Position numbers and translations under genes: made by a program
Notes under the pieces: generated by a model
What the model saw: the letters and a program-made list of their open reading frames with translations, nothing else
Database searches by the model: none
What the model was told of the DNA's origin: nothing
Assembly (NCBI GenBank): GCA_002269645.1
Contig: NIVC01000272.1
Span: 1-64,000 of the forward strand
Origin: Macrostomum lignano
Lineage: Eukaryota
Reading direction: 5' to 3'
DNA: 64,000 bases
In this document: positions 46,697 through 60,588 of the stretch, in pieces
Layout: every line of letters starts with the position of its first letter
Position numbering within the stretch: the stretch's first letter is position 1

Positions 46697-47134
46697 GATG
46701 CACTTTCGATCCGGCCTCTGATTACACGAGCTGCGCTCACAGAAACTTGGCTCTCTACGCCGAGTTCAAATCAGGCAAAGCAAACTCGGGCCCGAAAGGC
46801 TGAGGTGACTGAGGTGGGGGCAATCGAGTTAGGCGGGGCGGGGGGACGCTGAGATTTGCGCCGCTGCCATCTGGGCGGCCCACCTCATGACCGAAGGCGA
46901 CACTCCTTTCTCTCCTGCATCCTTTCGCCGCAAGTCCCGTCAACCCCCCCCCCCCACATCCCAGCAGCAGCCGACTTTCCCCGCGGGGCTTCGAACTGCG
47001 CGGATTCTTGAGGCGAAATCCCGACCAACTCAGATCGGGCTTCGTTTGCCTGGCTGAGTTGGGCGTGGGGCAGAGAAATTAATTGGGGATGCAGAAACTC
47101 GACGGACCGTTCGATCTGCAATCAAAACTAACTG

Positions 47135-47422
47135 GGATCTTTGAATCCTGGGATCTTTGAATCCTGGTATCTTTGAATCCTGGTATCTTGGAATCCTGGG
47201 ATCCTTGACACTGGGATCTTTTAATCCTGGGATCTTTGAATCCTGGGATTTTTTGGGATCGTGGGATCTTTGGGATCCTGGGATTTTTGAATCATGGGAT
47301 CCTGGGATTTTTGAATCATGGGATCCTGGGATCTTTGAATCCTGGGATCTTTGAATCCTGGGATCTTTGAATCCTGGGATCTTTGAATCCTGGGATCTTT
47401 GAATCCTGGGATCTTTGAATCC
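47135..47422. repeat. 16-bp minisatellite (gggatctttgaatcct)
   Basis: Tandem periodicity. Confidence 0.92.
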
Positions 47423-48464
47423 TACAACAAACACGTGTCACTTCGCATCTGTAACTGCTGGTGCTTGGTACCTGTGACCCAATATTAGCTTCAGTCCAAA
47501 GCTACTCACTATTGAGTTTTAGTCAGCTATTCTCTCTCTTCCCAGGCACCTCCGGACTCCCAACCATCCCAGTCATGCTGTTTGTGGATCCGAAAAACTT
47601 GCTTCCCAAAACGCTCGCCTCGGATGTCAACAGGAGCTGCTGGCGGGAAAGTTGAAGGCGGTGAGAAAGAAGGGTATGAGGGGGGGGGGAACAGACCGGG
47701 CAAAACGCTTGGCGGCTCTCTCGAGCAGCTCGGAGAGGACTCAAACAGAGCGAAATCCCTTTGTAGCCGCCGCTCCCCCCCCCCAGTCAGTCCTACTGTC
47801 CTACCCTGCATGCCACTCTGCACTCTCAGGGTAACCTGTCCCCGCCCTGAGCCCTGGTTGCGGTGAATTACCCCAAGTAGATGGGGGAGCGGAGGGGGAA
47901 ACCCAGTCTGAGTCTGGCACTCTCCTTCGCTCTCCCGTCTGTCATGATCAATTTTCTCGCGAAGGAGTAACGACTGAGGCCCAGCTGCCCCCGTCGCCAA
48001 GTGGCCTGCAGGACGGGGGAGACAATGCGGAGCGGAGGCCGCCAGCCTTTAGTGGCCTTTTTGCGATCCCAACGAAGAAGGAAGTGGTCTGACTTGGGAA
48101 GGAAACGGGCCCACAAAGGCCCTCAGCGTCTCGCCCAGTTGCTACGGGAGCAACCCCCGTGCACCGCCTCCTGGAATCCCTGGCTGAGCCGGGGCTGAAA
48201 AATGCGCGAGCCACACAGCTGCAATCTCCATAGGTCCCAATCTCGCTGTCTGCTTAAATCAATTTTGTGCAGTACGGGCCTCATCCTGTGACAGGTATCT
48301 CGTCCGGCTCATGCGGGCTGCGGCAGCTCTGCAGCCAGCCTTCAATACACCAGTAACTGAATCTTGCCGCGTGTTTGTCTACTGGGCCTGTGAGACTTTT
48401 TTCACGCCGTCAAACACGGAACTCGCTGCATGCGAAATGTACTTTGCCTTCGCTTTCCGCCGCT

Positions 48465-49812
48465 TTTCACCTCCCTCCTTCCTCACCTTCATCTCTCCCC
48501 TTCCTCACCTTCATCTCCCTCCTTCCTCACCTTCATCTTCCTCCTTCCTCACCTTCATCTCCCCCCTTCCTCACCTTCATCTCCCTCCTTCCTCACCTTC
48601 ATCTCCCTCCTTCCTCACCTTCATCTCCCCCTTCCTCGCCTTCATCTCCCTCCTTCCTCACCTTCATCTCCCCCTTCCTCACCTTCATCTCCCCCCTTCC
48701 TCACCTTCATCCCCCCTTCTTCACCTTCATCTCCCCCTTCCTCACCTTTATCTCCCCCTTCCTCACCTTTATCTCCCCTTCCTCACCTTCATCTCCCCCT
48801 TCCTCACCTTCATCCCCCCTTCTTCACCTTCATCTCCCCCCTTCCTCACCTTTATCTCCCCCTTCCTCACCTTTATCTCCCCTTCCTCACCTTCACCTCC
48901 CTCCTTCCTCATCTTCATCTCCCCCTTCCTCACCTTCATCTCCCCTTCCTCACCTTCATCCCCCCTTCTTCACCTTCATCTCCCCCCTTCCTCACCTTCA
49001 TCTCCCCCCTTCCTCACCTTCATCTCCCCCTTCCTCACCTTCATCTCCCCCTTCCTCACCTTCATCTCCCCCCTTCCTCACCTTCATCTCCCCCTTCCTC
49101 ACCTTTATCTCCCCCTTCCTCACCTTCATCCCCCCTTCCTCACCTTCATCCCCCCTTCCTCACCTTCATCCCCCTTCTTCACCTTCATCCCCCCTTCCTC
49201 ACCTTCATCTCCCCCTTCCTCACCTTCATCTCCCCCCTTCCTCACCTTCATCTCCCCCTTCCTCACCTTCATCTCCCCCCTTCCTCACCTTCATCCCCCC
49301 TTCTTCACCTTCATCTCCCCCCTTCCTCACCTTCATCTCCCCCCTTCCTCACCTTCATCTCCCCCTTCCTCACCTTCATCTCCCCCCTTCCTCACCTTCA
49401 TCCCCCCTTCTTCACCTTCATCTCCCTCTTCCTCACCTTCATCTCCCCTTCCTCACCTTCATCTCCCCCCTTCCTCACCTTCATCTCCCCTTCCTCACCT
49501 TCATCCCCCCTTCCTCACCTTTATCTCCCCCTTCCTCACCTTCATCCCCCCTTCCTCACCTTCATCCCCCCTTCCTCACCTTCATCCCCCCTTCCTCACC
49601 TTCATCCCCCTTCTTCACCTTCATCTCCCCCTTCCTCACCTTCATCTCCCTCCTTCCTCACCTTCATCTCCCCCTTCCTCACCTTCATCTCCCCCTTCCT
49701 CACCTTCATCCCCCCTTCCTCACCTTCATCCCCTCTTCCTCACCTTCATCCCCCCTTCCTCACCTTCATCCTCCCTTTCTCACCTTCATCCCCCCTTCCT
49801 CACTCTCCATCT
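48465..49812. repeat. ~21-bp pyrimidine-rich minisatellite (ccttcctcaccttcatctccc)
   Basis: About 60 copies with variable C-run length. Confidence 0.96.
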
Positions 49813-49818
49813 CCATTC

Positions 49819-49888
49819 TGCACTTGGAATCGAGCCTGGGCCGCTGGCACATAAGAGCACCGCGCTCGACCACTGGGCTACGGCTCCC
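49819..49888 (-). mobile_element. tRNA-derived SINE head or tRNA pseudogene (Lys-CTT-like)
   Basis: Minus strand GGGAGCCGTAGCCCAGTGGTCGAGCGCGGTGCTCTTATGTGCCAGCGGCCCAGGCTCGATTCC. A-box at 49870-49880, B-box-like at 49826-49836; the cloverleaf is imperfect. Confidence 0.65.
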
Positions 49889-49929
49889 ACCAGATCCTTG
49901 TGCTTAGATCAAGTGCTTATATTGTTTTT

Positions 49930-50040
49930 GTGTTTATGATTGCCTGCGTTTATGAATTATTTTGTTTATGATCGCTTGTGTTTATGATCGCTTGTGTTTG
50001 TGATCGCTTGTGTTTATGATCGCTTGTGCTTATGATCGCT
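49930..50040. repeat. 16-bp minisatellite (tttatgatcgcttgtg)
   Basis: About 6-7 copies. Confidence 0.8.
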
Positions 50041-51089
50041 AGTGTTTACATCCATTGGGTTTAATGCATGATTACTTGTGTTTAGATCCCTAGTGTAAGC
50101 GGGTATTTTCTGCCCAGAAATATTGATCAAACGGTAGTGCTCCGCTGCAGGCCGGTTCTCTCCGATACTGGCGGGCAGCCGCGGCACCTGGAGCGGAAAG
50201 CGACGCTTCGCGGCTCTCGGTGACTAAGAAACGAGGCTCAAAGCCGATTATTGATGTAACCGCCCTTGTCGCCCGTCCGCTCCGCGGGGAGGCGAACGCA
50301 TGACCAGAGGGGGCAATGACCGTAGGCTGCCTATGACCGGGCAATGACCTGACGGACCTCCAGCACCAGACTGTCCCGCTTACATGATTGATAGCTTTGG
50401 TAGCGCTTTCGTGACCAGAGGGCCAAGGACCCACATGGACCCCACCTGTAGCCAAGGTGCAATAGTTGGTCACTCGGTCAGAGCATGACGGATCGCTAGA
50501 GACCGCTCTGACACGCCGCCGGCTTTGGAAGTCTTCTTGGAGTCGGGGTAGCAGATGGAGCCTCCTGATTGGCCAGCCACGTCAGCCAATCGCGAGCTCC
50601 GACTCACAGCGGGCACTGCATCGCTCGCGCCGTGTCGGCGCCGCCCGATTGAAGAGATGGAGAGATGGAGCAGAGAAGCTGGGAGGGTGGCGATGAACCG
50701 CTGGGCGCCAGTGGGGTAAAGCAGGAGAGAGAGGCAGGGGAGGAGGCGAGGAGCACCTCCTGCAATTTAAGAAGAATCCCGAGGCGGCCCAGCCTCCTCA
50801 TCCCCGCCCCATCCCTACAGGTTGACCTTGGTTGCTAGGCTGCTTGGTTGACATAATTCGGAATTATCAATTTTGCTAACAGCGGGACTCGGCAAAGTCC
50901 TTTCGCCCAGTTCGGTTAGAGTTCGACAGCAATTGGGGCAACAAAGCAGTGAAGCAGCTCCAGTGACTGAGGCCGGGCCAGGAGAGCCATGGGGGCCAGC
51001 CGTCCACCTGAGGTGAGTCGCGAGGGGTCCGGTAGAGATTTAGAGATTTCTGAGTTGTTCTCATGTGTAACATTGGTGACAGTTACAGA

Positions 51090-51570
51090 AATCTCTGTGA
51101 CTGTAGGGATCTCTGTGACTGTAGGGATCTCTGTGACTGTATGGATCTCTGTGACTGTAGGGATCTCTGTGACTGTAGGGATGTCTGGGACTGTAGGGAT
51201 GTCTGGGACTGTATGGATCTCTGGGACTGTATGGATCTCTGGGACTGTATGGATCTCTGTGAATGTCGGGATCTCTGTGACTGTAGGGATCTCTGTGACT
51301 GTATGGATCTCTGTGACTGTATGGATCTCTGGGACTGTATGGATCTCTGTGAATGTCGGGATCTCTGTGACTGTAGGGATCTCTGTGACTGTAGGGATCT
51401 CTGGGACTGTATGGATCTCTGTGAATGTCGGGATCTCTGTGACTGTAGGGATCTCTGTGACTGTATGGATCTCTGTGACTGTATGGATCTCTGGGACTGT
51501 ATGGATCTCTGTGAATGTCGGGATCTCTGTGACTGTAGGGATCTCTGTGACTGTAGGGATCTCTGTGCTG
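51090..51570. repeat. 18-bp minisatellite (ggatctctgtgactgtag)
   Basis: 6-aa period in the ORF track. Confidence 0.94.
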
Positions 51571-51572
51571 GG

Positions 51573-51910
51573 ATCCTGCTGTCCTCAACTGTCGAGGGCG
51601 CCTAGCGACAGCTCGACAAGCTAGTTGTTGTTGCGGCGAGTGTCGGCCTGGTGGTCAACACGCAGAAAACCTTCGTGCTCTGCGACATCGAGGTTGCGAT
51701 CGAGGGGCAGATAGACAGGCGACGGAGCTTTTGCGCTGTCAGCAGTTCATCTACCTTGGCGATCTGGTTCTTGACATCTGCGAGGATCTGCGGCGTTGCC
51801 GTGGGCCTGACTGGGCTGTCATTCGTTCTGTGAAGGCTGTCCTGCAGTCCGAGGCCCTACAAGCATCGCTGAGGTCGGCGCTGTTCCAAGCGGTGGTCAA
51901 GACCGTCCAG
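51573..51910 (+). mobile_element. Degenerate non-LTR retrotransposon reverse-transcriptase fragment (RTE-like)
   Basis: ILLSSTVEGA*RQLDKL..SVGLVVNTQKT..CQQFIYLG..EDLRR..RSVKAVLQSEAL..ALFQAVVKTV corresponds to the region after YADD in LINE RTs. One stop (51603-51605) and one frameshift. Confidence 0.8.
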
Positions 51911-51934
51911 TGTCAGGCGTTCCAGGCAGTGCTG

Positions 51935-52272
51935 GGATCTGTGAGACTGCTGAGATCTGTGAGACTGCTGGGATCTGTGAGACTGCTGGGATCTGTGAGA
52001 CTGCTGGGATCTGTGAGACTGCTGGGATCTGTGAGACTGCTGGGATCTGTGAGACTGCTGGGATCTGTGAGACTGCTGGGATCTGTGAGACTGCTGGGAT
52101 CTCTGGGACTGCTAAGATCTCTGGGACTGCTGGGATCTGTGAGACTGCCGGGATCTCTCGGACAGCTGGGATTTGTGAGACTGCTGGGATCTCTGGGTCT
52201 GCTGGGATCTCTGGGACTGCTGGGATCTCTGGGACTGCTGGGATCTCTGGGACTGGGATCTGTGAGACTGCC
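51935..52272. repeat. 18-bp minisatellite (gggatctgtgagactgct)
   Basis: Tandem periodicity; related to the array at 51090. Confidence 0.94.
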
Positions 52273-52626
52273 GGGGTGCCTGTATCTTGAAGCACTTTTG
52301 TTCTCTAATATGCTCGTGGCATTCCTATTTTAGAGTTTACGATATCCTTTGACGTCGCTCCCTTTTCCCTACGATACCTTTAAACCGCCTCATCAAAGTG
52401 ATTGATTCGTATTTTCGCTTTACAAGCCGGATAAGCCTCTGATAAGCAGCCAGTCATCCAGCATGCATTAATTTCCTGAGCTCATGCCCAGAGCCCACTT
52501 CTTTGCTGCTTTTGTATCCGAAGCGGGGCTTCGGCCGAGCTCATTACTAATTAATTAATGAAGCTCTGACACTGAAGAAATGTACTTGCAGCCGTTGCAT
52601 CCTGTAGTACTCTGCTTAATTCATCT

Positions 52627-53222
<596 letters not shown>

Positions 53223-53869
53223 TACGCTAGCAGACGGACAGGCAGTCCAGCTAACATGGAACTCATGTAATCTAGGAAAATATCATAAAACACACTCTGG
53301 GCAGGAAGTGGGCGGAGAGCGAGGGCCACCGACAGAAGATAAATTTATCGAAAGGCGAGATCCCGGGAGGTGCCGCCGCAAACACTGGCCTCATTATCTG
53401 AGCGCGGGCCAGAGTGTTGCCGGCCCGCGGGGGGAGACGGCAATCAGTCCGACCCCTTTATGGATCCCCTGCCCAGACAGAGGCTCCCTTTCGCCTTCTT
53501 CTCTTTCTATTTTGTGCCGGGGCGGACTCCGGCCGGGACTCTTGCCCTGGGCTGCCGGAGCTCCTCTCTGCCGAGCCCCCGGGGAGGCTGCATGGCCGAA
53601 AGTTGCAGAGTGGCGTGCCTTGGCCCGGCTGCTGAACTGGCCAAGTGCTGCAAAGTCTGCGGTCGTGTTGTTCCTTCTCGCTTGTTCTCCGGCTCTCTCG
53701 CGGTCTCCTAGCGGGCTTTCCTTTTCTAAATTAGTAAAGTAATTCATGCCTATAACAACTTCTTCGTTTCGTTTCGCATATCCGCGTCACGTGACTTTCG
53801 CCTTCAGAGCCGTGCAGAATGGAATCGATGCGCCTACTAGATTCAAGTTCGCTTCCTGGACTATCTTCC

Positions 53870-54240
53870 AGTCACGTGATAATAGAATGTACATTTTACG
53901 ACCCGGTCCAGTCACCTGATAATAGAGTATAACCATACGACCAGTTCTAATCACGTGATGATGGAATGTACATTTAGGACCCGATCTAGTCACGTGATAA
54001 TAGAATGTACATCCTAGGATCAATTCTACTCACGTGATAAAAACAATGAAAAATTTGGACCCGGTCCAGTCATGTGATAATAGAATGTAAACCTTACGAC
54101 CAGTTCTAATCACGTGATGATAGAATGTACATTTTAGGATCCAGTCTAGTCACGTGATAAAAAGAATGTACATTTTAGGACCCGGTCTAGTCACGTGATA
54201 ATGGAATGTACATCTTGCGACCCAATCTAGTCACGTGACG
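53870..54240. repeat. Diverged ~40-bp tandem repeat carrying a TCACGTGA E-box palindrome in most units
   Basis: About 10 units, consensus tcacgtgataatagaatgtacattttaggacccggtctag. Confidence 0.85.
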
Positions 54241-54956
54241 CATTGCCTACGCTACCGCATATCTCTAATGACTTCGGCCCAGTCAAGCAGATCAGACTGC
54301 ATCTCTCGGAGGCGTGCAGTCAGCACAACTGACTCCCTCAGAACTCGAGTTCCGTTTCCGCCTCTTTCTGTTCCCCGTCCGTCCGGCCGGCCTGGACAAA
54401 GGCGGTCCCGGTCGTAGACGGGAGGCCGATCCGACCGCTACGCATCTGGCTGTTTTACGAGCTACGCTACACCCCCGCTGCGGCAGCTCAGGCCCAGCCG
54501 GCTTCCCCGTCTCTGCCCGCCCAGCTGCTGCTTTCTCTCCTTCCTCTTCTAGGAGATGTTTTCAAACTTAGCGCTCTGCAGTTGCTGGAGAAGAGGGAGT
54601 GGGCGCCGCCGATCTCAGTCAATAAGTTCAGTGCGCCAAAATGATTGCTACTCATTTTCCCAGCTTCGCCGATCCGCAATCCCAACCTCCGAGTTCCGAT
54701 CCGCGACCCGGCTGGGGATGGAGGAAATCATGGGGTAATGGGAGCGGAGTCAGGGGAAATCCAAACTGCAGCAGTGCTTAACGGATTCCAGCTGCTCCGC
54801 TGTGTAACGCGGTTTCTGTGGCGAGTTCCCCGCTGCGGTCTGAGCTGCAATACTTAAGAGATTTCATTCCTCATGTGCGTTGAGAATTTTGCCTTGACCC
54901 GGGAATTGAGGGGGGGGGGCTACTCTGTAGGAGAAAGTTACCGACTAAAATTGGGA

Positions 54957-55442
54957 GTGAGCAGTGAGCAATGAGTGAGCAGTGAGTGAGCAGTGAGCAG
55001 TGAGCAGTGAGTGAGCAGTGAGCAGTGAGTGAGCAGTGAGCAGTGAGCAGTGAGTGAGCAGTGAGCAGTGAGTGAGCAGTGAGCAGTGAGCAGTGAGTGA
55101 GCAGTGAGCAGTGAGCAGTGAGTGAGCAGTGAGCAGTGAGCAGTGAGCAGTGAGCAGTGAGTGAGCAGTGAGCAGTGAGTGAGCTGTGAGCAGTGAGTGA
55201 GCAGTGAGCAGTGAGTGAGCAGTGAGCAGTGAGTGAGCTGTGAGCAGTGAGCAGTGAGTGAGCAGTGAGCAGTGAGTGAGCAGTGAGCAGTGAGCAGTGA
55301 GTGAGCAGTGAGCAGTGAGCAGTGAGTGAGCAGTGAGCAGTGAGCAGTAAGCAGTGAGCAGTGAGTGAGCAGTGAGCAGTGAGTGAGCAGTGAGCAGTGA
55401 GTGAGCAGTGAGCAGTGAGTGAGCAGTGAGCAGTGAGCAGTG
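54957..55442. repeat. (AGTGAGC)n repeat with 11-bp variants
   Basis: Direct observation. Confidence 0.95.
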
Positions 55443-56021
55443 CGCAATGAGCCGTTATAGCCAGTTTGCAACGCAGAAAAGTAGTCAAGTCTGCTCTCAA
55501 GGTCCCGCAGTGAATTTTAGATTTGCGCTCATCAGCGAAAGCGGTGTTGCCGGGCACAACCGGAGAAGCGGGTGGCAGCTGTCCCTGGCGCGACATCCGC
55601 ATCAATCTTGGCCAGACAGCCAGCCCTCCCGCCGTCAGGTCTGTCTGCTTGGCCTCAGTTTTCTATTAGCAATTGTCAATCTCTCCAGAGCGGGGGCTCC
55701 ACCTTTGCATTAATGGGATGGGGAGACGCCCTGCCTTTCAGGCTAAATGCGGGCGATAATTCGCTGGGTTGTGAGTGAAGCCAGAGGTCCCGGGATCGAT
55801 TCCTCGCCGCTGGTCGATCGCAGCGGCAACAATTTGCGCCCGTCTGTTGCCTCGGCTCCATCCCCCCCCAGCTGAGCCAAATCAGCCTCATTGTTTGCCA
55901 CCCTCTCCGCGAACTCCGAGTTCTTGGAGCTTTGGCCTGGGGTCAATGCGTACATGTACATCCTCTTCCTCTGCCCTGCCCTCCTCTCTGCTCCACTCTC
56001 CGCTGTCCATCAAGTCAGGGG

Positions 56022-57375
56022 ATAGAAGAAGTAGGTAGAGAAGTAGATATGGAGAGAGATGCACAAATAGGGAAGTAGACAGAGAAGTAGATATGGAGGT
56101 AAATGCACAAATAGGGAAGTAGACAGAGAAGTAGATATGGAGGTAAATGCACAAATAGGGAAGTAGACAGAGAAGTAGATATGGAGGTAAATGCACAAAT
56201 AGGGAAGTAGACAGAGAAGTAGATATGGAGGTAAATGCACAAATAGGGAAGTAGACAGAGAAGTAGATATGGAGGTAAATGCACAAATAGGGAAGTAGAC
56301 AGGGAGGTAGATATTGAGGTAAATGCACAAATAGGGAAGTAGACAGAGAAGTAGATATGGAGAGAGATGCACAAATAGGGAAGTAGACAGAGAAGTAGAT
56401 ATGGAGGTAAATGCACAAATAGGAAAGTAGACAGAGAAGTAGATATGGAGGTAAATGCACAAATAGGGAAGTAGACAGAGAAGTAGATATGGAGGTAAAT
56501 GCACAAATAGGGAAGTAGACAGAGAAGTAGATATGGAGAGAGATGCACAAATAGGGAAGTAGACAGAGAAGTAGATATGGAGGTAAATGCACAAATAGGG
56601 AAGTAGACAGAGAAGTAGATATGGAGGTAAATGCACAAATAGGGAAGTAGACAGAGAAGTAGATATGGAGGTAAATGCACAAATAGGAAAGTAGACAGAG
56701 AAGTAGATATGGAGGTAAATGCACAAATAGGGAAGTAGACAGAGAAGTAGATATGGAGGTAAATGCACAAATAGGAAAGTAGACAGAGAAGTAGATATGG
56801 AGGTAAATGCACAAATAGGGAAGTAGACAGAGAAGTAGATATGGAGGTAAATGCACAAATAGGAAAGTAGACAGAGAAGTAGATATGGAGGTAAATGCAC
56901 AAATAGGAAAGTAGACAGAGAAGTAGATATGGAGGTAAATGCACAAATAGGAAAGTAGACAGAGAAGTAGATATGGAGAGAGATGCACAAATAGGGAAGT
57001 AGACAGAGAAGTAGATATGGAGGTAAATGCACAAATAGGAAAGTAGACAGAGAAGTAGATATGGAGGTAAATGCACAAATAGGAAAGTAGACAGAGAAGT
57101 AGATATGGAGAGAGATGCACAAATAGGGAAGTAGACAGAGAAGTAGATATGGAGGTAAATGCACAAATAGGGAAGTAGACAGAGAAGTAGATATGGAGGT
57201 AAATGCACAAATAGGGAAGTAGACAGAGAAGTAGATATGGAGGTAAATGCACAAATAGGGAAGTAGACAGGGAGGTAGATATTGAGGGAGATGCGCTGAT
57301 GGAAAAGTAGGCAGAGAAGTAGATATGGAGGGAGATGCGCTGATGGAGAAGTAGGCAGAGAAGTAGATAGGAAGT
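56022..57375. repeat. 44-bp minisatellite (gcacaaatagggaagtagacagagaagtagatatggaggtaaat)
   Basis: About 30 copies. Confidence 0.97.
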
Positions 57376-57858
57376 GGGCCACATGAATATGAGGCTGCGA
57401 GTCTCCCAGACTGACATCCCCCCTCCCGATCCCAAAAATGCCGCCTCCGCTGCCTCGCGGGCTCTGCTGCATGCATTTAATGAACAATTTGGATGCAGAG
57501 GCAGCTCAGCCTCCCTTCTTCTCCCTTGATCCCCTCGCAACACGTGGCTTCACCCCCCCCCCCGATTCTGTACTCGACATCAGCCCAGGCTGCAGCATCC
57601 CTATTCTCCGTTTCCATCGCTCACTCCGGTGTATTAATTATTCTGTCCTGCCTGGGACCGGCGCTGCTCGTCTTGATGCTCGCAGCTCCCCAGCACCAGC
57701 CTCTGATTAATGCCCGCCAGCAGTCTACCGGCTATGAAACATTAATTGCGAATTTCGACTTGCTGGGGTGGCGGGTTTCCGCTCACCTCCGCGTCTGCTG
57801 TCTATCGAAGAACTGTCTGCGGCTCAGCACTTGAAATGCGATGCTTGAATGTTTGAAA

Positions 57859-58170
<312 letters not shown>

Positions 58171-59861
58171 TGGCTACCTAGAACAGCCAATAGGCTGCTC
58201 ATCCGGCAGCAGATGGGGAGATGGAGCTGGGAATTTACGGCCCCAGCGGGAAGCAGCAGCAACAGCAGCTTTCATTGCAGGCAGCCGCGCCCCTCAGCCT
58301 CCGGATCGGGATTCTTCCCAGCCGAATTCACCCCGCAGCTGCAGTCCGATCGGCTCCGTCATTTCAAATGCCATTAACGCGCCAAGCCTGGCGGCCCCGC
58401 CAACAGGCCGCCTTTTGTCCCCGCGCTCTCACCGCCTCATTCCAATTGATTTGCCCAGCAACCCCAGGGTTCCCCATGGAGGCGGCGTATTGTCTGGCAG
58501 ACAATGCCGATCTGGAGATTTATTATCGCATCCCAAATCCCCGACATCCCTTTGTTCCCGGTTTAATCAGCGATCAGCCTCTCTCTGCCTTGCGTCTGCT
58601 TTCTTCATCTCCGGGGAGTGCAAAACTCCGGGAGGTGTCGGTCTCTGGGGAGGGAGTTTTACAGTCCCCAGACCAGTGGCTCGAAGTTAAGCAGAGTCGG
58701 ACGGGGTTAGTACTATAAGCGAGGACCATAGGAAGTCAGTTAACCACCCAGCCCGCCAGCTTCGAATTGCCCAATCAGCGGTACTGCAAGAGGCGGAGAC
58801 TCACGAAATCTGCCAGCTCAATCTGCGGATTCGATAAGTGGCTCGGCAACCCCTCAGCCCAGCATCCCAGCTGCCTCATCCATCACCCGGGCCGGCTGAA
58901 TGGATTAATTAGCACAGCAATCGGTTGCTGGGGGGGGGGCAATTCGAATCGCATATTTACCTACGGACTGCCCGTGTGTGCTCAGATCTTGCGTGCGCCC
59001 GGCGAAGCCTCACCAGCGGTTCCGTTATTCATTTTCATTTCTGTCATTGGCCAGGGGCCCAGCCTCCGTCATCGCCTCCTGCAGCTGCCGGCGAGGCCGC
59101 CCTGTTTGCCGAATGAACGAACCTCTGAGATTGCGAGCAGAAGGAGACCAGGAGAGATGAGGGGAGGGGTCACAGATTGAGCTGCCTGGCTCTCCTTAAA
59201 AGTACATCTCGTCTAGGTTTGATCCTCCCTTTGAAGTAGCCGGTTGACTCAGAAACGGGCAGTTGGCGGGAACAGCACTAAGTTTTATTTCCCCACTGCC
59301 AAGGTCCAACTTCGAAGTGCCTCCAATAAATAAAATGAGTAGAAAATTCAAAAGAATTTGCGCACTGCTGGGGCGGCGGGCTTTGAGGCAGGAAAAAATG
59401 TGCTCCATTTTTGAGCCGAGAGGCCCCGCCAGATTTGGCAATCTATAATGCATAAAGTGAGGAGAAGAGAGGGGGACCCGCAGGTCTCATACAGGCTTAG
59501 TGGCATTAGGCGGTGTCCTAATTGAAAGTTAATTGACTCTGCAGAGAGGGGGAACAGTGCAGGGATTGGCGGCGATCCAGGCGACAGAGACTGTAGTCAA
59601 TATGCCCGGGGAGAAAAAGTGAAAAGATTTTTGAGCAGCTTAAGTGGGAATAAATTGCATTCTGCACTCGGGATGACTGACTGCGGCTTTATCAGGCGTA
59701 TGAATGAAAATTGTCATTTCGCAATAAAATTCCGTGCATGCAGACATTCTATTTTTAGTAAAAGATAGTTCCCTCTGGTGTGAAGTCAAGTCATACTCAG
59801 TGACTTCACTAGCGAATCTGCACCTCATGAGCCACCCTGTTTATCTCGCTTCAGCTAAAGT

Positions 59862-60362
59862 AGACACCCACCTCACTCCCTCTCTGTTCAATGAGTTCAA
59901 TTAGACACCCACCTCATTCCCTCCCTGTTCAATGAATTCAATTAGACACCCACCTCACTCCCTCCCTGTTCAATGAATTCAATTAGACACCCACCTCACT
60001 CCCTCCCTGTTCAATGAGTTCAATTAGACACCCACCTCACTCCCTCCCTGCTCAATGAGTTCAATTAGACACCCACCTCACTCCCTCCCTGTTAAATGAG
60101 TTCAATTAGACACCCACCTCACTCCCTCCCTGTTCAATGAGTTCAATTAGACACCCACCTCACTCCCTCCCTGTTCAATGAGTTCAATTAGACACCCACC
60201 TCCCTCCCTGTTCAATGAGTTCAATTAGACACCCACCTCACTCCCTCCCTGTTCAATGAGTTCAATTAGACACCCACCTCACTCCCTCCCTGCTCAATGA
60301 GTTCAATTAGACACCCACCTCACTCCCTCTCTTTTCAATGAGTTCAACTAGACACCCACCTG
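59862..60362. repeat. 41-bp minisatellite (ttcaatgagttcaattagacacccacctcactccctccctg)
   Basis: About 12 copies. Confidence 0.95.
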
Positions 60363-60588
60363 CCCAATCAGATTCAACAAGACGCCTACCGTAAACATAC
60401 GACTCAACTTAATATGTTAAACTTTTAAAAATTTCAGCAGCGGCACCGCTGACAAATGTCGGATGCCGCAGGCGGCCAAGACCGGCGGCCCAGTGGCGGC
60501 CTGACTGATTGAGGCGACCGCCTAAAATCGTTGATTACCTGAATTCCCCCCCTCCTACACAAAAATATCCCCCACAACCCCGGCCTTG

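Noticed and set aside
49819-49888. Functional tRNA-Lys gene
   Set aside because: Acceptor stem does not pair, anticodon loop is irregular and the B-box is altered; treated as a SINE head or pseudogene.
55760-55805. Second SINE-like B-box (ccagaggtcccgggatcgattcc)
   Set aside because: No convincing A-box or tRNA fold upstream.
58221-58718. 165-aa plus-strand ORF
   Set aside because: No homology recognised and no clear splice context; may be chance in GC-rich DNA.
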